From Candidatus Parcubacteria bacterium (GTDB lineage: Bacteria; Patescibacteriota; Minisyncoccia; Phycocordibacterales; Zambryskibacteraceae), in assembly GCA_019661785.1 (NCBI GenBank), contig JAIFWP010000002.1:161869-225868 (forward strand): DNA of 64,000 nucleotides. The letters run 5' to 3'. The notes under the pieces were generated by a model, which saw only the letters and a program-made list of their open reading frames with translations, had not been told where the DNA came from and ran no database searches. The translations under genes were made by a program, and so were the position numbers. Within the stretch, counting starts at the first letter, position 1. The number at the start of each line of letters is the position of its first letter. Below are positions 17,813-30,396 of the stretch, piece by piece.

Positions 17813-19543
17813 ATGTCAATCCTCGACTTACTCAAAGATAAGAAGGTCATAAAGCCTGAGGATATTGCTGCCATAGAGGCTGAGGCGCAGGGGAGCGGCC
17901 TCTCTCTTGAGCAAGTGCTCGTCACTCGCGGCATAGCGCCGGAGACAATACTTGAGGCCAAGGGCCAAGAGCTCGACATACCAACGAGGAGCTTGAAGGA
18001 TTTGAACGTGCCGTCAAAAGTCCTCGGCTACATACCAGAGGAGTCGGCCGAGCACTATAAGGTTCTACCATTAGGGGTCAAAGACGGCGTACTTGAAGTG
18101 GGCATCGTCGACCCAGACGACATCGAGGCTCGCGATGCGCTCAACTTCATCTCGGCGAAGATAGGTATGCCGTACAAGCTCTTCCTCGTCTCGGCGGCTG
18201 ACTTTGGCAATGTCGCTACTCTATATAAGGGCATCACCGGAGAGGTGAACGAGGCTCTCTCCGAACTCGACACCGAACTCGCTGAGAAGCAGGAATCAAG
18301 AAAGAGCAAGCAGAAGGACAAGATAGACGAGGTCGAGCTTGGTCTGACTGAGACGAAGATTGTTGAGGACGCTCCGGTAACGAAGATTGTCGCCACTATC
18401 CTCTCATATGCTACCGAGGGTAACGCGTCAGATATTCATATCGAACCTCAACACGACAACATCCGCGTGCGCTTCCGAGTTGACGGTGTGCTTAATACTT
18501 CGCTTGTGCTGCCTATCAAGGTCCACTCGGCTGTGGTAGCGCGCATCAAGATACTCTCGAACATGCGCCTCGACGAGAAGAGGAAGCCTCAGGATGGCCG
18601 CTTCAGCGCGAAGATGGAGAGCCGCCGCATAGACTTCCGCGTATCGACCTTCCCAACTTACTATGGCGAGAAGGTGGTGATGCGTATCCTCGACCAAGAG
18701 AAGGGAGTTAGGAAGCTCTCTGAACTAGGCCTCTCGAAGGAGAACCTGGCTCTCATCCTCGACGCCATCAAGCGCCCTTACGGGCTCATCCTTATATCCG
18801 GCCCGACAGGCTCCGGCAAGTCGACCACTCTCTACTCCATGCTTAACGAGGTCGACAAAGACCACAGTAACGTGCTCTCTCTCGAGGATCCGGTGGAGTA
18901 CAACATGGCCGGCGTGAGCCAGTCGCAAGTCCAGCCGGAAATCGACTACACCTTTGCCACAGGACTTCGTACGACCTTGCGCCAAGACCCAGACATCATC
19001 ATGGTCGGTGAGATACGAGACAAGGAGACGGCTCAGCTCGCCATACAAGCGGCGCTTACCGGACACTTGGTGCTCTCGACCATACACACGAACAACGCTC
19101 TCGGCGTTATCCCGCGCCTCATTGACATGGGCGTCGACCCTTACCTCATAGCTCCGACTCTCATACTCGCCATGGCTCAGCGCTTGGTGAAGACTCTCTG
19201 CGAGGGCGGCGGCAAGGCCATCCCGGTCGAGGACTCTATCAAGCTCATGCTCGACAAGCAGTTTGCCGACTTGCCGCCGGAGTTCAAGAAGTCGATACCC
19301 TTCGGCAAGGAGGTCTACGAGCCGTCACCAACTGCTACCTGTCTCTCCGGTGTCGCTGGACGCACTGCAGTTATGGAAGTGCTCGCCATGGACAAGGATA
19401 TTGAGCAAGTGATACTCAAGAATCCGACCGAGCCTGAGCTCATGAAGATAGCTCGCGCCAAGGGCATGCTCACTATGAAGGAGGACGCTATCTTGAAGGC
19501 CTTCCAGAAGGTCATTCCATTCGCTGAGGTAAATACGCTATAA
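17813..19543 (+). CDS. pilB: Type IV pilus assembly ATPase PilB/GspE
   Basis: ASDIHIEP, GPTGSGKST, LEDPVEY, LRQDPDIIMVGEIRD, TGHLVLSTIH. Confidence 0.93.
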   Translation: MSILDLLKDKKVIKPEDIAAIEAEAQGSGLSLEQVLVTRGIAPETILEAKGQELDIPTRSLKDLNVPSKVLGYIPEESAEHYKVLPLGVKDGVLEVGIVDPDDIEARDALNFISAKIGMPYKLFLVSAADFGNVATLYKGITGEVNEALSELDTELAEKQESRKSKQKDKIDEVELGLTETKIVEDAPVTKIVATILSYATEGNASDIHIEPQHDNIRVRFRVDGVLNTSLVLPIKVHSAVVARIKILSNMRLDEKRKPQDGRFSAKMESRRIDFRVSTFPTYYGEKVVMRILDQEKGVRKLSELGLSKENLALILDAIKRPYGLILISGPTGSGKSTTLYSMLNEVDKDHSNVLSLEDPVEYNMAGVSQSQVQPEIDYTFATGLRTTLRQDPDIIMVGEIRDKETAQLAIQAALTGHLVLSTIHTNNALGVIPRLIDMGVDPYLIAPTLILAMAQRLVKTLCEGGGKAIPVEDSIKLMLDKQFADLPPEFKKSIPFGKEVYEPSPTATCLSGVAGRTAVMEVLAMDKDIEQVILKNPTEPELMKIARAKGMLTMKEDAILKAFQKVIPFAEVNTL

Positions 19544-19550
19544 TACTCAT

Positions 19551-19940
19551 ATGAAGAAGGCCTACACAGTGCTCCTAGTAGACGATGACAAATTCCTCCT
19601 GGAGATGTATCAGAAGAAGTTCGACAAGTACGGCATCAAGGCCGAGATGTGTGTTGGTCCAGAAGAAGCTCTAGGCAAGCTCCGTGGAGGCGCCATCTAC
19701 GACATACTCGTCTTCGACATCATCATGCCCAGCATGGACGGCATTGAACTCCTAAGGACCGTGAAGAAAGAGAAGCTCTCTCCCCAGGCCATAGTAGTCA
19801 TGCTCACGAACGAGAGCGGCTCCGAGAGGATAGAAGAGGCCAAGACTCTCGGCGCAGCGGGATACATAGTCAAGGCAACCTCCATACCTTCGGAGGTGGT
19901 CGAGGAGATTATCAAGATTGCCGACGCTAACGCTAAGTAG
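19551..19940 (+). CDS. Single-domain response regulator (CheY-like)
   Basis: LLVDDD...FDIIMPSMDG...MLTN...YIVK. Confidence 0.9.
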   Translation: MKKAYTVLLVDDDKFLLEMYQKKFDKYGIKAEMCVGPEEALGKLRGGAIYDILVFDIIMPSMDGIELLRTVKKEKLSPQAIVVMLTNESGSERIEEAKTLGAAGYIVKATSIPSEVVEEIIKIADANAK

Positions 19941-19951
19941 GATATTTATAC

Positions 19952-21013
19952 ATGGGAGCTGCGACCTTACTCGACGAACTCGTCGACATAGTCATGAAGG
20001 AGAGCGCGTCCGACCTGCATCTGGCCGAGGGTCGGCATCCTATCATCCGCGTTTCGGGCTTTCTCATACCGCTTGAGAAGTATGCTCCGCTCACAGCCGA
20101 GGACATTAAAGGCTTCTTTGCGCTTTTCTTGCCGCCAGAGAGCCAGCAAGAGTTCCTGAAGAAGAAAGAGTCCAACTTCGCCTACGCGCACAAGTCTGGT
20201 TCGCGCTTCCGCGGGAACCTCTTCGAGTCCATTGGCCGCAGGGCCATAGCGCTTCGTCTCATACCGACCCGCATTAAGACCTTCGAGGAGCTTAACCTTC
20301 CTCCAGTCCTGGCTGAGTTCTCAGGCCGCCAACAGGGCTTCTTCCTCGTAGTGGGTCCGGCCGGACAGGGCAAGTCTACGACTCTGGCCTCCATGATAGA
20401 GCTCATAAACCAAGAGAGACTAGAGCACATCATCACCATCGAGGACCCAATAGAGTTTCTCTTCACGCCGGCTAAATCCATCATCGACCAGCGCGAGGTG
20501 AAGACCGATACACCCGACTTCCATACCGCACTCTGGGGAGTCTTCCGCCAAGATGCGGATGTTATCATGGTAGGGGAGATGCGCGAGCCCGACACTGTGG
20601 CTGCGGCAGTGACGGCGGCCGAGACGGGACACCTTGTGCTCTCGACTCTCCACACCAACACGGCGGCTCAGACGGTGGACCGCATCATTGACTCTTTCCC
20701 AGCTGAGAGCCAGGAGCAGATACGCATACAGCTATCGAGCTCGCTTATAGGCATCTTCTCCCAGCGGTTGGTGCCGAGAGTGAAGGGGGGCCTCATCCCG
20801 GCCTACGAGCTACTCTTGAACAACAACGCCGTGGCAAACCTCATAAGAGAGAAGCGCACTCACGAGTTGAACGCCGTCATAGAGACCTCGAGCGAAGCTG
20901 GGATGATAGACTTCAACCGCTCGCTTGCGGAGCTAGTGAGGAAGGGGGAGATAACTCCGGAGAACGCTACCCAGTACTCGACCAACCCCCGCGCGCTCGA
21001 ACGCATGATATAA
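19952..21013 (+). CDS. pilT: Pilus retraction ATPase PilT
   Basis: ASDLHL, GPAGQGKST, IEDPIE, AAETGHLVLSTLH, AVANLIRE. Confidence 0.92.
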   Translation: MGAATLLDELVDIVMKESASDLHLAEGRHPIIRVSGFLIPLEKYAPLTAEDIKGFFALFLPPESQQEFLKKKESNFAYAHKSGSRFRGNLFESIGRRAIALRLIPTRIKTFEELNLPPVLAEFSGRQQGFFLVVGPAGQGKSTTLASMIELINQERLEHIITIEDPIEFLFTPAKSIIDQREVKTDTPDFHTALWGVFRQDADVIMVGEMREPDTVAAAVTAAETGHLVLSTLHTNTAAQTVDRIIDSFPAESQEQIRIQLSSSLIGIFSQRLVPRVKGGLIPAYELLLNNNAVANLIREKRTHELNAVIETSSEAGMIDFNRSLAELVRKGEITPENATQYSTNPRALERMI

Positions 21014-21025
21014 ATATAAGTACCA

Positions 21026-22234
21026 ATGCTCTATAAATACAAAGCCCTTGAACAGTCTGGAGCCGAAAAGGCGGGTTCCATAGAAGCCGTATCTCTCGAG
21101 GTAGCCATCGATAGTCTGCAGAAGCGCGGTCTTATCATAGCTAACATAGACTCGGCCGATAAGGAGTCGTGGCTTTCACAGTTCTCCTTAGGACAGAAGG
21201 TTTCGACCAAGGACATAGTTATCCTCTCCCGCCAGATTGCCACTCTCTTCAACGCCTCGGTCTCGGCACTAAAAATCTTCTCCCTCCTTGCGGCCGAGGT
21301 GGAGAACAAGCACCTGAGGCGCTCAATGTCGGAGATTACCGACGACATCCAAGCTGGCAGCAGCATCTCTAAGGCTATGAGCAAGCACCCAGACGTCTTC
21401 TCTGAGTTCTATGTGAACATGGTCAAGTCCGGAGAGGAGACAGGGAAGCTCAATGAAACCTTCGAGTATCTCGCCGACTATCTAGATAGGAACTACGAGG
21501 TCGTCTCGAAGGCCAAGAACGCGCTCATATACCCCGCCTTCGTCGTCGGAGTCTTCGTTGCCGTGATGATACTCATGTTCACCGTCATCATCCCGAAGAT
21601 ATCCGTCATTCTCCTCGACTCCGGGCAGCCGATACCTTTCTATACAGCTATTGTCTTTGGCTTCTCTAACTTCCTTATCTCGTACGGCATCATCCTGCTC
21701 GCTGCGCTCGTGGTCTTAGGCTTCCTCTTGGCGAGATTTCTCAACACCGACGAAGGACGCACAGCCTTTGCCCATTTTAGGCTCGAGGTACCTTACATCG
21801 GCGGCCTCTACAGGAAGCTCTATCTCTCGGTCATCTCTGACAATCTTTCGACCATGATACTCTCGGGCATACCGATGGTCCGCGCTCTCGAGGTTACGGC
21901 AAGCGTGGTGGGGAATGATGTTTATGAGACCATCGTGAGCGACAGCGTGGCCGCGGTCAAGGGCGGCAGCGCTCTCTCTCAGTCGCTCTCTCAATACGAG
22001 GAGATACCAGCCATGCTCATACAGATGATAAAGGTCGGCGAGGAGACAGGCGAGCTCGGAGACATCCTTAAGACCATGGCCCACTTCTACCAGCGCGAGG
22101 TGGTGAACGCCGTGGACACCCTGGTGGGCCTCATAGAGCCAGTTATGATAGTGCTCCTCGGCCTCGGAGTCGGTACTTTGCTCGCCTCGGTGCTTATCCC
22201 CATCTATAACATAGCTAACTCGGCTGGTGTATAA
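21026..22234 (+). CDS. pilC: Type IV pilus platform protein PilC/GspF
   Basis: Two GspF repeats, GEETGKL / GEETGEL, LIYP, LIEP. Confidence 0.92.
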   Translation: MLYKYKALEQSGAEKAGSIEAVSLEVAIDSLQKRGLIIANIDSADKESWLSQFSLGQKVSTKDIVILSRQIATLFNASVSALKIFSLLAAEVENKHLRRSMSEITDDIQAGSSISKAMSKHPDVFSEFYVNMVKSGEETGKLNETFEYLADYLDRNYEVVSKAKNALIYPAFVVGVFVAVMILMFTVIIPKISVILLDSGQPIPFYTAIVFGFSNFLISYGIILLAALVVLGFLLARFLNTDEGRTAFAHFRLEVPYIGGLYRKLYLSVISDNLSTMILSGIPMVRALEVTASVVGNDVYETIVSDSVAAVKGGSALSQSLSQYEEIPAMLIQMIKVGEETGELGDILKTMAHFYQREVVNAVDTLVGLIEPVMIVLLGLGVGTLLASVLIPIYNIANSAGV

Positions 22235-22241
22235 TAATCCT

Positions 22242-22676
22242 ATGAAGAAATACACCCGCGGCTTCACCTTGATTGAGCTCCTAGTCGTTATCGCTATCAT
22301 CGGTATCTTGTCTTCGGTCGTGCTTGCTTCGCTCAACTCTGCTAGAGGCAAGGGCAATGATGCTAAGACTAAGGCCCAGCTCTCCGGACTTCGTGCAGCT
22401 GCCGAGATATATTACGACGACCACGGCGACTACAGCTCGTCAGCATCTTGTGGCGCAGGCATGTTTGCCGATGCCAACTCCGGCATGAGCGCCTACACTA
22501 CCTCGTCTAACTATCCCGCTAACACTAACTTGAAGTGCAATGCTAGTGGCACTGCTTATGCCGTCTCTGGAGCTTTGACTGGTACAGCTGGCAAGTTCTG
22601 GTGTGTTGACTCGACTGGCGCCTCAAGACAGGTGAGCTCTGACCCAGGTGCAGTGACGGTTTGCCCAGCATCGTAA
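22242..22676 (+). CDS. Type IV major pilin
   Basis: RGFTLIELLVVIAIIGIL; start ATG 22242. Confidence 0.9.
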   Translation: MKKYTRGFTLIELLVVIAIIGILSSVVLASLNSARGKGNDAKTKAQLSGLRAAAEIYYDDHGDYSSSASCGAGMFADANSGMSAYTTSSNYPANTNLKCNASGTAYAVSGALTGTAGKFWCVDSTGASRQVSSDPGAVTVCPAS

Positions 22677-23398
22677 TTTTTCTCATACGTTTCGTATTCG
22701 GGGCTATTATAGGCAGCTTTCTTAATGTCGTAGGACTCCGATATCGCTCGGGACTCACGCTCGGCGGACGCTCGGCTTGCGCATCATGCGCGAGGACCCT
22801 TAAGTGGTATGAGCTAGTGCCCATATGGAGCTACTTCGCTCTGCGCGGCAGATGCAGTACATGCAAGGTGAGGATATCTTGGCTCTACCCGGGCATGGAG
22901 ATACTCACTGGGCTCATATTTGCCACGGTGCTTCCAGGCTACTGGCCCGCCTTTGCCATATATGTAGTCATTTTCATCTATGACCTTAGGCACAAGATTA
23001 TCCCCGACAGCTTGGTCTATGCATCTATAGGCTATGCGCTCGTTGTAAGACTTCTCTTCTTCCACTCCTCCCTCGCCGACTGGCTTGCGGGCCCGGTCCT
23101 CTTTGCTCTCTTCGCCCTGGGGTGGCTCCTCTCGCGGGGAAGAGCGCTAGGATTTGGCGATGCCAAGCTCGCTCTATCGATAGGGCTCTTGCTCGGCGCC
23201 TCCATGGGACTATCGGCCATAGTGCTCTCCTTCTGGATAGGCACGGCTATTACGCTCCCGGTCATGTTCTTCTCCATGTTTTTTTCGCAAAAAAAGCTTA
23301 CAATGAAGTCTGAGATACCCTTTGCCCCATTCATCATCTTGGGCGCTTGGGGCAGTCTACTTTTCCATCTTGATCTCTTTCATCTCACATCGTTTTAA
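22661..23398 (+). CDS. pilD: Prepilin peptidase
   Basis: GSFLNVV, CxxC...CxxC, YDLRHKIIPD, GFGDAKL, IPFAPF; start uncertain. Confidence 0.9.
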   Translation: MPSIVIFLIRFVFGAIIGSFLNVVGLRYRSGLTLGGRSACASCARTLKWYELVPIWSYFALRGRCSTCKVRISWLYPGMEILTGLIFATVLPGYWPAFAIYVVIFIYDLRHKIIPDSLVYASIGYALVVRLLFFHSSLADWLAGPVLFALFALGWLLSRGRALGFGDAKLALSIGLLLGASMGLSAIVLSFWIGTAITLPVMFFSMFFSQKKLTMKSEIPFAPFIILGAWGSLLFHLDLFHLTSF

Positions 23399-24023
23399 AA
23401 GATTTTTCGCTTCGCGCCGAGGATTTACCATCGTCGAGCTCATGGTCTCGGTCGGCATCATGGTGACCCTCTCAGGCCTCATCGCCTTCAACCAGTCGCA
23501 CTACACCTCAGGCGCTGAACTAAGGAACTTGGCCAACGACCTCTCGCTCTCGCTCCGCCAGGCTCAGGTCTATGGCATCTCGGTCAAGGAAGTCTCGCCT
23601 GGGTCAAATATCTTCAATGTCGGCTATGGGGTCGAGTTCAACATAACGAGCAACGGGAGCAATAGCTCTTATATCTTCTTCGCCGACAGAGGGGTGAAGA
23701 ACAGACTATACGACGATGGCTGGTCTTGCCCTATCGGAAGCGGTCTGGAGTGTCTCGACAAGGTAAGCATCTCCGGGGGCAACTATATAGAGTCACTTTG
23801 CGCCATAAGCGCTGGCGGAGCTAAGGTCTGCGGTTCTAGCAGGCTCGACATCACCTTCGTCCGTCCGGCGACGGAAGCGCATATAATATTTGACGGGGAT
23901 GCGGCAGGCTCGGCTGGATTAAGCGGAGCTTGCATCAAACTCACCTCGACCGAGGGTAAGTCGCACTGGGTGTCCGTCTTCGTGACGGGCCAGATATCGG
24001 TCGATAGCCCCGCCTGCATATGA
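23322..24023 (+). CDS. Minor pilin (FimT/GspH-like)
   Basis: RRGFTIVELMV; true start uncertain. Confidence 0.8.
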   Translation: MPHSSSWALGAVYFSILISFISHRFKRFFASRRGFTIVELMVSVGIMVTLSGLIAFNQSHYTSGAELRNLANDLSLSLRQAQVYGISVKEVSPGSNIFNVGYGVEFNITSNGSNSSYIFFADRGVKNRLYDDGWSCPIGSGLECLDKVSISGGNYIESLCAISAGGAKVCGSSRLDITFVRPATEAHIIFDGDAAGSAGLSGACIKLTSTEGKSHWVSVFVTGQISVDSPACI

Positions 24024-24580
24024 CACACACGAAAGGCTTCACTCTTATAGAGATTATGACCTCGGTGGCGGTCTTTGCTGTGGTTATGGTCATATCCATG
24101 GGCTCTATTCTCTCCGTGCTCCAGGCCAACAGGAAGTCCGAGTCCTTGAAGACCGTCATGGATAACCTGAACCTATCTGTGGAGAGCATGTCGCGCGAAA
24201 TGCGCTTTGGCATGAACTACAATGGCGGCCTTGTGGGCGACATATACTCTCCGCATAATTGCTCTGATGGATGCGACACAGTGGCCTTCCTCGCTAACGA
24301 CAGGCGTACAGAGATAGTCTATCGCTCCCTCTCTGGCTCGGGGAAAATAGAGAAGTCGACCGATGCTGGCACGACGTATGTGCCGGTGACCGCGCCGGAG
24401 ATAACCATAGAGGACTTGAAGTTCTATGTTTTAGGAGCCCTGCCATCCGCGCAAGAGTCTACTCCTCTCCAGCCGAAGATACTGATAAAGATTAAGGGCT
24501 CGGCTGGCACCAAAGCGAGTGAGAAAACGAACTTCACTGTGGAGACCTTGGTCTCGCAGCGCGTCCTAGACAACCAATGA
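24020..24580 (+). CDS. Minor pilin (PilW/GspJ-like)
   Basis: KGFTLIEIM. Confidence 0.85.
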   Translation: MTHTKGFTLIEIMTSVAVFAVVMVISMGSILSVLQANRKSESLKTVMDNLNLSVESMSREMRFGMNYNGGLVGDIYSPHNCSDGCDTVAFLANDRRTEIVYRSLSGSGKIEKSTDAGTTYVPVTAPEITIEDLKFYVLGALPSAQESTPLQPKILIKIKGSAGTKASEKTNFTVETLVSQRVLDNQ

Positions 24581-25131
24581 GTAAAATGACCAAAGCCAGA
24601 AAAATAAACAGAGGCTTCACTCTCATAGAGACTCTCATAGCCATATCCATCCTTGTCATGGCCGTGACAGGAGCCTTTGCCGCAGCGCAGAACGGCATAT
24701 CCTCGGCCACCTTCTCGAAGGACCAGATAGTGGCCTTCTATCTCGCTGAGGAGGGGATAGAAGAGATACGCAACCTAAGGGACCAGAACGGTCTCGCCGG
24801 AGTCGGGTGGCTCGCGGGTATAGCTTCGTCGGGCAGCGACCCATGCTACTTCGGCAGTGTCTGTATGGTCGACGCGGTCTCGAGCACAGATGTCATATCT
24901 AAGTGCGGCCTCGAAGCAGGCTCATGCCCTGTTCTCAAACAAGACCCTGATACAGGCTTCTTTGGCTATGACTCTGACTGGGATAACTCGCCCTTCCGCC
25001 GCGAGGTACAAATCGCCGAGGTCACGCCGGGCAACACACACGAGGTCACTATTATAGTCACTGTCACCTGGTCGAAGGGACTGCTTCAGAGACAGTTCAG
25101 AGCGAAGGAGAATATATTTGACTGGCAATAG
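24577..25131 (+). CDS. Minor pilin (PilV/GspI-like)
   Basis: RGFTLIETL...AFYLAEEGIE. Confidence 0.85.
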   Translation: MSKMTKARKINRGFTLIETLIAISILVMAVTGAFAAAQNGISSATFSKDQIVAFYLAEEGIEEIRNLRDQNGLAGVGWLAGIASSGSDPCYFGSVCMVDAVSSTDVISKCGLEAGSCPVLKQDPDTGFFGYDSDWDNSPFRREVQIAEVTPGNTHEVTIIVTVTWSKGLLQRQFRAKENIFDWQ

Positions 25132-25132
25132 T

Positions 25133-27635
<2,503 letters not shown>

Positions 27636-27639
27636 CCAT

Positions 27640-27924
27640 ATGAATAAGGAGGAAGTCTTGAAATTGGCCAAATTGGCTAGGGTTGGGATAGGCGAGGATG
27701 AAGCAGACAAGCTCTCACACGAGTTCGATGCGATTTTGAAGTATGTGGGCGAGATAAAAGGAGCACAAATGACCAATGACCAAATCCCAAACTCCAAACC
27801 AGATTTAAGGAACATAATGAGGGAAGACTCTAACCCCCATGAGGCTGGTATATACACCGAAGCTATTTTGAGCCAGGCGCCACAGAGAGAAGGCAACTTC
27901 CTAAAGGTAAAGAAGATACTCTAA
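27640..27924 (+). CDS. gatC: Asp/Glu-tRNA amidotransferase subunit C
   Basis: EEVLKLAKLAR...NIMRED...FLKVKKIL; precedes gatA. Confidence 0.9.
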   Translation: MNKEEVLKLAKLARVGIGEDEADKLSHEFDAILKYVGEIKGAQMTNDQIPNSKPDLRNIMREDSNPHEAGIYTEAILSQAPQREGNFLKVKKIL

Positions 27925-29348
27925 TGATAGACATTTCTAAATTAACAATAGTCTCTGCGAGGGAAGCTCTGAAGAAGGGTGAGTTCACCTCGCGCGAGCT
28001 TACCCAGGCTTGCATTGATGCTATTAAATCTAAAGACGGAGAGATTCATGCCTTCCTCGAAGTCTTCAGCAATGCTCTGGCTCAAGCCGACGAAGCCGAT
28101 AAGCAGATTAAGAACGGGGTGGACCTACCCCTCCTCGGCATACCTGTAGCACTCAAGGACAATATCTTGGTTAAGGGGGAGAAGGCGAGCGCTGGGTCGA
28201 AGATACTGGAGAACTTCATTGCTCCATACGACTCCACTGCTACACAGAAGCTGCAGCAGGCAGGGGCAGTCATCGTCGGCCGTACCAACTGCGACGAGTT
28301 TGCCATGGGCTCCTCTACAGAGAATAGCGCTTATGGTCCGACTAAGAATCCTTTAGATACCTCTCGCGTTCCTGGAGGCTCATCTGGCGGCTCGGCCGCT
28401 GCGGTTGCTGCTGGGTTTGTGATTGCCGCGCTTGGCTCGGACACAGGAGGCTCTATCCGTCAGCCAGCAGCCTTCTGCGGTATCGTTGGCATGAAGCCGA
28501 CTTATGGTCGCGTGTCGCGCAATGGCCTCATAGCTATGGCGAGCTCTCTAGACCAGATAGGACCTTTCACCAAAACGGCCGAGGATGCAGAGATTATATA
28601 TAACGTAATAAAAGGTCAGGATAGAATGGATTCCACTACGCTCGATGGGAAGACTTTTCCTGCTCACGGTCATGAGGGAAATTCGCGAGAAAAGTCTTCC
28701 CATCTCACTATTGGGGTACCACGCAGCTTCTTCGAATCCTCACTCGACAAGGCAGTGCTAGAGAATTTCAACCAAGCGGTAAAGAAGTTCGAGTCTCTTG
28801 GATATAAGACTAAGGATATCGAGCTCCCGACTCTCAAGTACTCGCTTGCCGTGTACTACATCCTTATGCCAGCCGAAGTGTCCTCGAACCTGGCCCGCTT
28901 TGACGGAGTGAAGTATGGACTCCATGTCGACGGAGTTAACTCCATCGATGATTACTTTAAGACTAGGGGAGAGGGCTTCGGTCCCGAGACTCGCCGACGT
29001 GTCATCCTCGGCACATATGTGCTCTCCTCAGGCTACTATGACGCCTATTACGGAACCGCAGTGAATATGAAGGCTGCTATCACTAAGGAACTCCGTGAGG
29101 CTTTCAAGGACGTTGACCTCATCCTCACGCCCACGACTCCAACTCCGGCATGGAAGTTCGGTGAGAAGTCAGACCCACTCTCCATGTACCTCGCGGATAT
29201 CTTCACTGTGCCGGCAAACATCTCTGGCTGCCCTTCGATGTCCTTGCCTAGCGGCGAGGTAGATGGCTTGCCGCTCGGAGCGCTACTCACCGCGGACTTG
29301 GGCAATGAGACTGCGCTCTTTGAAGCGGGAAAATCTTTTCAGGGTTAA
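27924..29348 (+). CDS. gatA: Asp/Glu-tRNA amidotransferase subunit A
   Basis: Amidase signature GGSSGGS, GSDTGGSIRQPA, SSNLARFDG. Confidence 0.96.
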   Translation: MIDISKLTIVSAREALKKGEFTSRELTQACIDAIKSKDGEIHAFLEVFSNALAQADEADKQIKNGVDLPLLGIPVALKDNILVKGEKASAGSKILENFIAPYDSTATQKLQQAGAVIVGRTNCDEFAMGSSTENSAYGPTKNPLDTSRVPGGSSGGSAAAVAAGFVIAALGSDTGGSIRQPAAFCGIVGMKPTYGRVSRNGLIAMASSLDQIGPFTKTAEDAEIIYNVIKGQDRMDSTTLDGKTFPAHGHEGNSREKSSHLTIGVPRSFFESSLDKAVLENFNQAVKKFESLGYKTKDIELPTLKYSLAVYYILMPAEVSSNLARFDGVKYGLHVDGVNSIDDYFKTRGEGFGPETRRRVILGTYVLSSGYYDAYYGTAVNMKAAITKELREAFKDVDLILTPTTPTPAWKFGEKSDPLSMYLADIFTVPANISGCPSMSLPSGEVDGLPLGALLTADLGNETALFEAGKSFQG

Positions 29349-29357
29349 GATATATAC

Positions 29358-29993
29358 ATGCCTCCAAGGAAAGAAGAACCGAAGAAGGACCATTTCGTCG
29401 AGTGGGGATTCGTCCTCCTCGTCATCGGCATCCTCATCCTCCTCTGGTCATACATCCTGCGCTCCTTCTATGTCGTGAGCTTGTGGAATGCCATTGTCTA
29501 CTGGTTCCTCCACTTTATATGGCCAATACTCGTGGTGCTCTCTATCATCCTTGCTGTACTCGCGATACTAGGCACTATTTACAACATCCGTCGATTGAAC
29601 GCCATCCTGGAGGAGGAGAAGAAGATATACGGTCCACTCCCTGACGAGGAGCCGCTGCCTGCCGAGCCTGTAGTAGAGAAGAACGACAAATGGGAGCGGG
29701 TCATGGCTCATGCCAACTCCGCCAATGCCTCTGATTGGCGACAAGCTATCATCGAGGCTGATGTCATGCTTGGCGAGATATTGCGCACTGAGGGATACCA
29801 CGGCGACTCTGTCGGAGAGATGCTCCGAGGGGTGGATCGTATCGAACTCCTCTCCCTAGACGCTGCTTGGGAGGCGCACAAAGTGCGCAATGAGATAGCC
29901 CATGCTGGCGGCGATTATGAATTGAACGAACGCAACACAAGGCGCGTCATCCTCCTCTACGAAAGCGTATTCAAGGAACTGAAGGTTATCTAG
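29358..29993 (+). CDS. Membrane-anchored hypothetical protein
   Basis: N-terminal TMs, AIIEAD...AWEAHKVRNEIAH (RNxxxH, HEPN-like). Confidence 0.75.
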   Translation: MPPRKEEPKKDHFVEWGFVLLVIGILILLWSYILRSFYVVSLWNAIVYWFLHFIWPILVVLSIILAVLAILGTIYNIRRLNAILEEEKKIYGPLPDEEPLPAEPVVEKNDKWERVMAHANSANASDWRQAIIEADVMLGEILRTEGYHGDSVGEMLRGVDRIELLSLDAAWEAHKVRNEIAHAGGDYELNERNTRRVILLYESVFKELKVI

Positions 29994-30013
29994 TCTATCC
30001 ACCTATATCATTG

Positions 30014-30084
30014 TTGCGGGTGCCCGATTTGCACGGACGCCTACAGGTTATGAGCCTGTCGAGGTACTGCTCCTCCAACCCGCT
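30014..30084 (-). tRNA. Initiator tRNA-fMet(CAT), non-canonical
   Basis: A1xA72 mismatch, A11:T24, anticodon arm ACAGG-CTCATAA-CCTGT; CCA not encoded. Confidence 0.85.
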
Positions 30085-30148
30085 AAGACAGGTATTATAA
30101 CGTACAGGACTGACAAAATCAACGAAAAATAGTATAGTGTTTCCCATC

Positions 30149-30221
30149 GTCGGGGTAGCTCAGTCGGTAGAGCACAGGACTCATAAGCCTGGGGTCGTGG
30201 GTTCGATCCCCACCTCCGACA
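30149..30221 (+). tRNA. tRNA-CAT (elongator Met or Ile2)
   Basis: GTCGGGG...TAGCTCAGTCGGTAGAGC...CTCATAA...GGTTCGATCCC...CTCCGAC-A. Confidence 0.92.
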
Positions 30222-30245
30222 CCTGCCCCGATGGGGGAAAATAAT

Positions 30246-30317
30246 GCGGCTGTAGCTCAACGGTAGAGCACTCCCCTGTCACGGGAGAGGCCGTGGGGTC
30301 AGCACCCATCAGCCGCG
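30246..30317 (+). tRNA. tRNA-Asp(GTC) with atypical T-loop
   Basis: Acceptor GCGGCTG/CAGCCGC, anticodon arm CTCCC-CTGTCAC-GGGAG, T-loop GTCAGCA, G73. Confidence 0.88.
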
Positions 30318-30396
30318 CAGAAATAGTTAAATACAAAAGAAATCGCAAAAAATGTCGAGCCTCAGACTCGGCATTTTTTGCTAAAATAGCAGCACT

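Noticed and set aside
29358-29993. RNxxxH (HEPN-like) motif suggesting a toxin or defence RNase
   Set aside because: It sits in housekeeping context after gatA with host-like codon usage and no partner gene; the motif alone is too weak.
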